Source: an uncultured Porphyromonadaceae bacterium
Lineage (GTDB): Bacteria; Bacteroidota; Bacteroidia; Bacteroidales; Muribaculaceae
Assembly (NCBI GenBank): GCA_937911575.1
Contig: CALDPR010000032.1
Coordinates: forward strand, 112,709 to 176,708
Length of the DNA: 64,000 nt
Direction of reading: 5' to 3'
Part shown: piece by piece, positions 58,485 to 64,000 of the stretch
Position numbering within the stretch: position 1 is the stretch's first letter
Layout of the letters: the number at the start of each line of letters is the position of its first letter
Notes under the pieces: generated by a model
The model's database searches: none
Told to the model about the DNA's origin: nothing
What the model saw: the letters and a program-made list of their open reading frames with translations, nothing else
Program-made: the position numbers and the translations under genes

Positions 58485-60801
58485 AAACTATATAAAAGAA
58501 CACCAAAGTGGATTAATTATCATTGTTTTAATGATAATGCTATCTGCATGTTCAACAACTAAGCGTCTTGGTCCATCTGAAGTGTTATATACCGGTGTTA
58601 ATGATTTTGAAATTATTCCTACCGACAATGAAAAATTACACCCGGATCTGACTTCTCAATTAGAAGAGGCAATAAATGTAGCTCCTAACAATCCGATGCC
58701 TTTTTTCTCTCCATATGTACGCACACCATTTCCAATAGGATTATGGGTATATAATAATATGAACGATTCTGCAAAAGGACTAAAAGGGTGGATATATAAA
58801 ACATTGGTTTCTCAACCTGTATTGATTGAAGATGTTCGTCCTGACATCAGGGTTAAAATGCTTGAAGATATACTATTTAATAACGGGTATTTTGCATCAA
58901 CAGCTACATACGAACTTGAATACGATAAGAAAAATCCTAAAAAAGCTCGCATAAATTATACGATTGATGTAAGCAAACCATATTTAATAGATTCAATTAT
59001 CTATTTTAACAATCAAGAACCCATATGTCAGTTTATCGATTCTGTTGCACGAAAAAGTGCATACTTGAAATCAGGAGAAAAATTCTCTTCAGACTCGTTA
59101 GTAGCAGAACGTGTCAGAATCACAAACCGAATGCGAAATAGAGGTTACTATTATTTTAGACCTGAATATATAGAGTTTCTTGCAGATAGCACAATAAATC
59201 CCGGAAATGTAACGATCAAGTTTGCTCTTGCTACCAATATACCTAAATTAGCCAAGTTGCAATATCGAACGGGAGATGTTACTGTTTCTGTTCATCGTCA
59301 AAGCAAACGAGATCCCGGCATGCCAGATACATTGATGACTGAAAAGGGGAAAGTAATAGTGTATCGTCCGGCAAAATTACGCGAAAATTTGATTCCTTCA
59401 TGTATAAGTTTTAAGAAAGACAGATATTTTTCAGTACGAGATATGGATAGAACTCAAACAAGACTTTCTCGTTTAGGAATTTTCGGAAGTATAGATATGC
59501 AAGTTTATCCATCAGATACTACATCTAATAATCCAACATTAGATTTAATGATAGATTGTACGTTCGATAGTCCGATGGAAACATCAATTGAAGTTAATGC
59601 AGTTTCTAAATCGAATAGTTATCTTGGACCGGGACTATTGTTGTCGTTAACGCATAAAAATTTGTTTGGGGGAGCAGAGAAATTATCAATATCTCTAAAT
59701 GGTGCTTATGAGTGGCAAACAGGAAAAAACAAATCATCTCTTTTCAATAGCTACGAATTTGGACTAAATAGTAAATTGTCATTTCCGAGATTATTAGCTC
59801 CAAACTTTATCCCAAGAACTCAACGTGAACTTAATTGGACACACATATCTTTAGGTGCAGAATTACTTAATCGTCCCCATTATTTCAAAATGGCTCAGTT
59901 TAATATAGGAATAGATTATGAGTGGAGAGCGACACGAAGCACCCGACACATATTGACTCCATTTAAGTTGACTTATACCAAATTGATTTCAACGACTGAA
60001 GTGTTTGATTCCATAATGAATAGTAATCCTGCAATTGCATTGAGTTTTAGATCTCAATTTATCCCTGAATTAAGTTATTCATACACCCTTGATAAGTTCT
60101 TGGAACGTGAAAGAATAAATGGGATTAACTTTACGGCATCTGTAAAAGAAGCGGGAAATTTGTTTAATGCTATATGGTCATTGTGTGGAATTGACGGAGA
60201 AAAGAAACTTTTTGGTACACCATTTTCTCAGTTTATAAAGGGAGAAGCTCAGCTTGTATATACTCGAAGATTGATAAGAAACACTAATCATTGGCTTGTG
60301 TTACGAGCCTTTTTGGGAGCTGCTCATGCATATGGAAATTCTTCTGAAGTGCCATATAATGAACAATTCTATATAGGAGGTGCTAACTCGATTAGAGCTT
60401 TTACTGTTCGTTCGATAGGACCGGGTAGTTATCATGTCCCGGAACAAGAATCAAATGGATATTTTGATCAAACAGGTACATTTAAAGTTGAATTAAATGC
60501 TGAATATCGTTTCCCTATATCCGGAATGTTGCATGGTGCTATATTTTTAGATGCAGGTAATATCTGGCTATTAAAAGAAGATCCCAAACGTCCCGGAGGA
60601 CAATTGAAAGGAAGTAGATTTTTAAAAGATTTAGCTCTTGGAACAGGAATAGGAATTCGATTTGATATCGGCATGATAGTAATTAGAGGAGATTTGGGCT
60701 ATGGCCTACATTTGCCCTACAACAATGGCTCAAACCACTATTTTAATATACCTTTTAAAAATGCTTTTGCTTTTCATCTGGCAATAGGTTATCCGTTCTG
60801 A
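58459..60801 (+). CDS. Omp85-family outer-membrane protein with lipoprotein signal (TamL/TamA-like)
   Basis: Lipobox MLSAC. POTRA-like region. C-terminal barrel ..FYIGGANSIRAF.., ..FLDAGNIW.. and terminal ..AFHLAIGYPF. Start could be ATG 58459, 58468 or 58471, and all three overlap the tamB end. Confidence 0.85.
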   Translation: MKVMMCSIKNYIKEHQSGLIIIVLMIMLSACSTTKRLGPSEVLYTGVNDFEIIPTDNEKLHPDLTSQLEEAINVAPNNPMPFFSPYVRTPFPIGLWVYNNMNDSAKGLKGWIYKTLVSQPVLIEDVRPDIRVKMLEDILFNNGYFASTATYELEYDKKNPKKARINYTIDVSKPYLIDSIIYFNNQEPICQFIDSVARKSAYLKSGEKFSSDSLVAERVRITNRMRNRGYYYFRPEYIEFLADSTINPGNVTIKFALATNIPKLAKLQYRTGDVTVSVHRQSKRDPGMPDTLMTEKGKVIVYRPAKLRENLIPSCISFKKDRYFSVRDMDRTQTRLSRLGIFGSIDMQVYPSDTTSNNPTLDLMIDCTFDSPMETSIEVNAVSKSNSYLGPGLLLSLTHKNLFGGAEKLSISLNGAYEWQTGKNKSSLFNSYEFGLNSKLSFPRLLAPNFIPRTQRELNWTHISLGAELLNRPHYFKMAQFNIGIDYEWRATRSTRHILTPFKLTYTKLISTTEVFDSIMNSNPAIALSFRSQFIPELSYSYTLDKFLERERINGINFTASVKEAGNLFNAIWSLCGIDGEKKLFGTPFSQFIKGEAQLVYTRRLIRNTNHWLVLRAFLGAAHAYGNSSEVPYNEQFYIGGANSIRAFTVRSIGPGSYHVPEQESNGYFDQTGTFKVELNAEYRFPISGMLHGAIFLDAGNIWLLKEDPKRPGGQLKGSRFLKDLALGTGIGIRFDIGMIVIRGDLGYGLHLPYNNGSNHYFNIPFKNAFAFHLAIGYPF

Positions 60802-61214
60802 TTTAAGATAATTTTCAGCCTTTTTTCAAAACAGCCTTTCCATAAAGCTGCAACTATTATGCAACCAACGAAGTCTGCAAATATATCTGCGACTTCAAAG
60901 CTTCTGCCTAATTGCATTATAGATTGAAGATATTCTATTGTTGTTCCAAATAAACTTGAAGCAAGTGTGATATAGAATATTTTTCGTTTGCTAAGTGGTG
61001 TGTATGATTGCTTACGAAACATATCTATACAGAGAGTCAAAGTTTGCCCTCCAAACATGATTGAATGTATGATCTTATCAGCTCCATTGAATAATGGAAT
61101 AGAAACATCGCCCACAGGATCAGGCATGAGTGTAAGATATAATATCGCAATAAAGCAAGTTATGGATAAAAAATATTTTGGAAGAATATTGAAGAGTCTT
61201 TTTGCTTGTATCAT
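60789..61214 (-). CDS. VanZ-like membrane protein
   Basis: 141 aa, 4 TM segments, ..GADKIIHSIMFG.. and ..EYLQSIMQLGRSFEVADIFADFVGCII.. Confidence 0.65.
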   Translation of the reverse strand: MIQAKRLFNILPKYFLSITCFIAILYLTLMPDPVGDVSIPLFNGADKIIHSIMFGGQTLTLCIDMFRKQSYTPLSKRKIFYITLASSLFGTTIEYLQSIMQLGRSFEVADIFADFVGCIIVAALWKGCFEKRLKIILNQNG

Positions 61215-61345
61215 TTTGCTATATAATAATGGAGTCTTTATAAATAACGAAGTTAAAGAAGTGTTATTTTGCTACGCGAGTGTTAAAAGTTCTAAAAAAT
61301 ATAATTTTTTGTTCGATTTATGTTGTATAACATATTTTTTTATAT

Positions 61346-61353
61346 TATCTTTG
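61346..61353 (+). promoter_or_regulatory. -7 box (TATCTTTG) with no protein gene downstream
   Basis: TAnnTTTG match. The next plus-strand CDS is about 1.9 kb away, beyond a minus-strand gene. Confidence 0.4.
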
Positions 61354-61359
61354 CATAGT

Positions 61360-61424
61360 TTTTCATGGTATTAGATTTTAAGGTTAATATTGATTGGTTG
61401 TCGGGATGACAATCAATTTTTTTT
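61360..61424 (+). ncRNA. candidate ~65-nt sRNA, or a transcript encoding a 14-aa peptide
   Basis: Lies between the -7 box and hairpin TTGATTGgtTGTC-gggat-GACAATCAA followed by T8. Contains ATG-GTA-...-TGA, encoding MVLDFKVNIDWLSG. Confidence 0.3.
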
Positions 61425-61455
61425 ATATATAGGACTGACATGATTATGTATGTCA

Positions 61456-61490
61456 TAAAAAAGAGCGACCAAAACTAATTTTTGGTCGCT
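61456..61490 (-). terminator. intrinsic terminator of gpmI
   Basis: AGCGACCAAAA / TTTTGGTCGCT stem. On the minus strand it is followed by CTTTTTT. Confidence 0.85.
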
Positions 61491-61519
61491 TCTGTATAAA
61501 ATAAAGTCAATGAACAATA

Positions 61520-63028
61520 TTATCCTATTAAAGAAATTCCGGTCATCTCTTTAGGTTGGGCAAGACCCATTATTTTCAATATTGAAGGAGCTATGTCTGC
61601 AAGGATTCCATCTTTTACAATTGCGTCTTTACGATTGGAAATGTATATGCAAGGCACCGGATTGAGAGAATGTGCTGTATTTGGAGTGCCATCAGCATTT
61701 AAAGCATTATCGGCATTGCCATGGTCAGCAATTATAATAACTTCATATCCATGTTCTTTTGCTGCCTCTACAGTGTTGCGTACACAATTATCAACAGCGA
61801 TAACAGCCTTTTCAATTGCCTCATATACACCAGTGTGTCCAACCATATCTCCGTTAGCATAATTAACTACGATGAAATCAAATTTTTCAGTAGAGATTGC
61901 TTCAACAAGCTTTTCGTTAACTTCATATGCACTCATCTCCGGTTTTAAATCATAAGTAGCTACTTTGGGAGATGCTACAAGAATACGTTCTTCATTTTCA
62001 TAAGGCGTTTCTCTTCCTCCATTTAAGAAGAATGTAACGTGTGCATATTTTTCCGTCTCTGCAATATGAAGTTGAGTCTTTCCACTCTTTGATAGATATT
62101 CTCCAAGAGTGTTTTCAACATTTTCTTTATCGAAAAGAATATGAACACCAGTAAATGATGCATCGTAAGGAGTCATACAATAATATTGTAGCCCACTGAT
62201 TGGTTTCATTCCGTTTTCTTCATGTTGTGTAAGCACAATAGTAAGCTCTTTTGCTCTATCGTTTCGATAGTTGAAGAAAATTACGACATCGCCCTCTTTG
62301 ATTCGTCCATCAATGGAACTATTTATAATTGGTTTAATAAACTCATCTGTAACTCCTTCAGCATATGATTCTTCTACAGCCATTACCATGTCTGTGGCAT
62401 GTTTCCCAACTCCATTGACAAGTAAATCATAAGCTTCTTTCACACGCTCCCATCGTTTATCGCGATCCATTGCATAATATCGACCTATGATTGAAGCTAC
62501 CTCTCCTGTCGATTTTTTACAATGGTTTTGAATGTCGGCAATAAATCCGGCTCCCGATTTAGGGTCTGTGTCGCGTCCGTCCATGAAACAATGAACATAT
62601 ACATCTTTCAAGTCATATTCTTTTGCAATATTGCAAAGGGCAAATAGATGTGTCAATGAACTATGAACACCTCCATCAGATGCTAAACCCATGAAATGAA
62701 TCGATTTGCCATTATTCTTTGCATAAGAAAAAGCATTGATTATCTCTTTGTTATTGAGTATGGAATTGTCTTCAATCGCTTTGTTGATTTTAACTAAATC
62801 TTGATATACTATACGACCTGCACCAATATTTAAGTGTCCAACCTCAGAATTACCCATTTGACCATCAGGTAATCCCACATTTTCGCCACTTGCTTGCAGC
62901 TGCGAATGTGGATATTCCGACATTAGACTATCAATATAAGGAGTAGGAGTATTAAAAATCACATCACCCTTATCTCGACGACCTATTCCCCAGCCATCAA
63001 GAATCATTAAAATTGCTTTTTGAGCCAT
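61520..63028 (-). CDS. gpmI: 2,3-bisphosphoglycerate-independent phosphoglycerate mutase
   Basis: [14 protein letters not shown].., ..[14 protein letters not shown].. and ..IADHGNAD... Start at ATG 63028. The longer track ORF would run through its own -7 box. Confidence 0.94.
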   Translation of the reverse strand: MAQKAILMILDGWGIGRRDKGDVIFNTPTPYIDSLMSEYPHSQLQASGENVGLPDGQMGNSEVGHLNIGAGRIVYQDLVKINKAIEDNSILNNKEIINAFSYAKNNGKSIHFMGLASDGGVHSSLTHLFALCNIAKEYDLKDVYVHCFMDGRDTDPKSGAGFIADIQNHCKKSTGEVASIIGRYYAMDRDKRWERVKEAYDLLVNGVGKHATDMVMAVEESYAEGVTDEFIKPIINSSIDGRIKEGDVVIFFNYRNDRAKELTIVLTQHEENGMKPISGLQYYCMTPYDASFTGVHILFDKENVENTLGEYLSKSGKTQLHIAETEKYAHVTFFLNGGRETPYENEERILVASPKVATYDLKPEMSAYEVNEKLVEAISTEKFDFIVVNYANGDMVGHTGVYEAIEKAVIAVDNCVRNTVEAAKEHGYEVIIIADHGNADNALNADGTPNTAHSLNPVPCIYISNRKDAIVKDGILADIAPSILKIMGLAQPKEMTGISLIG

Positions 63029-63087
63029 AATAATTATCTTTTTTCTAAAATTTTTTACCTTTAAATATATAACAATATTTACGACTA

Positions 63088-63095
63088 CAAAGTTA
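63088..63095 (-). promoter_or_regulatory. -7 box (TAACTTTG) for gpmI
   Basis: Plus strand reads CAAAGTTA, 60 nt upstream of ATG 63028. Confidence 0.55.
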
Positions 63096-63167
63096 GTCAA
63101 AAATTACTAATTAACCAATTTTTTATGAACTTCGGATTCTCTCTGCCTGAATATCAAATATTTTTAT

Positions 63168-63175
63168 TAACTTTG
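63168..63175 (+). promoter_or_regulatory. -7 box (TAACTTTG) for the pullulanase gene
   Basis: TAnnTTTG match 79 nt upstream of ATG 63254. Confidence 0.5.
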
Positions 63176-63253
63176 CGTTATATAATAGATATTAGCTAAA
63201 TTGACTATCAGTTAGTGCTTACTTTATAAATTTTTACTTACGAATTAATTCAG

Positions 63254-64000
63254 ATGAAAAAAACATTCTTAAAATTATTCATGACAGCAGTTATGTTTTC
63301 TTCTGCTATTGCTACAACGACATTCTCTTCATCGGCACAAAGTAGTTTTGATGATAGATATGTCGATTATCCTTCTTATGCAGGGAATGATTTGGAGCTT
63401 ATGATTGATGCTACCGGAACACATTTCAAATTGTGGAGCCCGAAAGCTCAGCAAGTGAAAGTTAATCTTTACGAAGATGGTCGCACAGGTAATGCTTTCA
63501 AAACTTTAGATATGAAACCTGATTCATCAACAGGAACATGGAGCGTATCTGTGCCGGAACAATTATATGGCAAATTTTACACGTTTCAAGTAATGATCGA
63601 TGGCAAATGGTTGAATGAAACTCCCGGTGTGTGGGCTAAAGCAGTCGGGGTCAATGGTCAACGTGCGGCAATAATAAATTTTGATGAAACAGATCCACAA
63701 GGGTGGAATGATGATCGTGGACCGATTGTTAATAACTTTACCGATGTTATCATCTATGAAATGCACCATCGTGATATGACTGTTCACCCAAATTCCGGAA
63801 TAGCTAATAAAGGAAAATTTATTGCGTATACGGAAAATGGTGTATGCTCTCTCAATGGAGAAACAACAGGCATTGACCATATCAAAGAACTTGGCGTTAC
63901 TCACGTCCATATCTTGCCATCGTATGACTATAATTCAGTCGATGAAACGCAATTGCCGGCAAATGTATATAATTGGGGTTATGATCCAATGAACTATAAT
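63254..64000 (+). CDS. type I pullulanase-like GH13 glycoside hydrolase, N-terminal fragment (runs off the window; not in the ORF track)
   Basis: Manual translation: MKKTFLKLFMTAVMFSSAIA.. signal, then ..THFKLWSPKAQQVKVNLYEDG.., ..YTFQVMIDGKW.., ..VIIYEMHHRDMT.., ..GIDHIKELGVTHVHILPSYDY.. and ..NWGYDPMNYN. Confidence 0.85.
   Translation, partial: MKKTFLKLFMTAVMFSSAIATTTFSSSAQSSFDDRYVDYPSYAGNDLELMIDATGTHFKLWSPKAQQVKVNLYEDGRTGNAFKTLDMKPDSSTGTWSVSVPEQLYGKFYTFQVMIDGKWLNETPGVWAKAVGVNGQRAAIINFDETDPQGWNDDRGPIVNNFTDVIIYEMHHRDMTVHPNSGIANKGKFIAYTENGVCSLNGETTGIDHIKELGVTHVHILPSYDYNSVDETQLPANVYNWGYDPMNYN

Noticed and set aside
60789-60801. 13-nt 3'-end overlap of the convergent Omp85 (TamL-like) and vanZ-like genes.
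   Set aside because: It is real in the sequence, but short convergent overlaps are common in compact genomes. There is no evidence of regulatory significance.
60988-61374. 128-aa plus-strand ORF.
   Set aside because: It is mostly antisense to the vanZ-like gene and extends through the promoter box of the candidate sRNA. The translation is not protein-like.
1-64000. Search for CRISPR arrays, IS or transposase genes, prophage genes, restriction-modification, toxin-antitoxin or other defence islands.
   Set aside because: No regularly spaced direct repeats were seen, and no ORF translation resembles Cas, transposase, integrase-plus-cargo, methyltransferase/endonuclease or known TA or defence proteins. 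The window reads as a core, largely syntenic region.

Overview
AT-rich chromosomal segment that looks like Bacteroidota, probably Bacteroidales. Support: recurring TAnnTTTG -7 promoter boxes upstream of most transcription units, type IX secretion (T9SS) genes, a BspA-type LRR protein with a T9SS sorting tail, and a lipoprotein Omp85 (TamL-type) next to TamB. The content is overwhelmingly core housekeeping. (1) One uninterrupted ~18 kb plus-strand translation array, rpsL-rpsG-fusA-rpsJ...rplQ (16848-34929), including secY, map, infA and rpoA. (2) rpsU-tyrosine recombinase-hpf, rpsO, secG, nadA, ung, gpmI, cls, Xaa-Pro aminopeptidase and scattered dTDP-sugar genes. (3) Envelope machinery: an LptE-like lipoprotein, the T9SS core operon porP-K-L-M-N (43492-49861) preceded by a beta-barrel gene, a DUF5103/plug-like gene, and TamB/TamL (53538-60801). 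There are two tRNAs, Leu-TAA and Arg-CCG. Three genuine genes fall below the 60-aa cut-off of the ORF track: a 55-aa ferredoxin, rpmD and rpmJ. Both window ends cut genes: the 3' end of a sigma-54 regulator and the 5' end of a pullulanase. I see no CRISPR array, no transposase, IS or prophage genes, and no recognisable defence or toxin-antitoxin module. I cannot honestly point to a convincing new multi-gene system. The best leads are small-scale: a TonB-dependent receptor with a His-triplet N-terminus, co-transcribed with a small His-rich membrane protein behind an operator-like inverted repeat; two promoter-to-terminator units that could be sRNAs or leaders (37012-37130 minus, 61346-61424 plus); a GC-rich structured non-coding island downstream of rplQ; a hairpin-loop pseudoknot directly upstream of rpsD; an AT-rich repeat-containing orphan divergent from the por operon; and a Gly-rich insertion in PorL. 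All functional calls come from reading the translations and from remembered family motifs. No database search was run.
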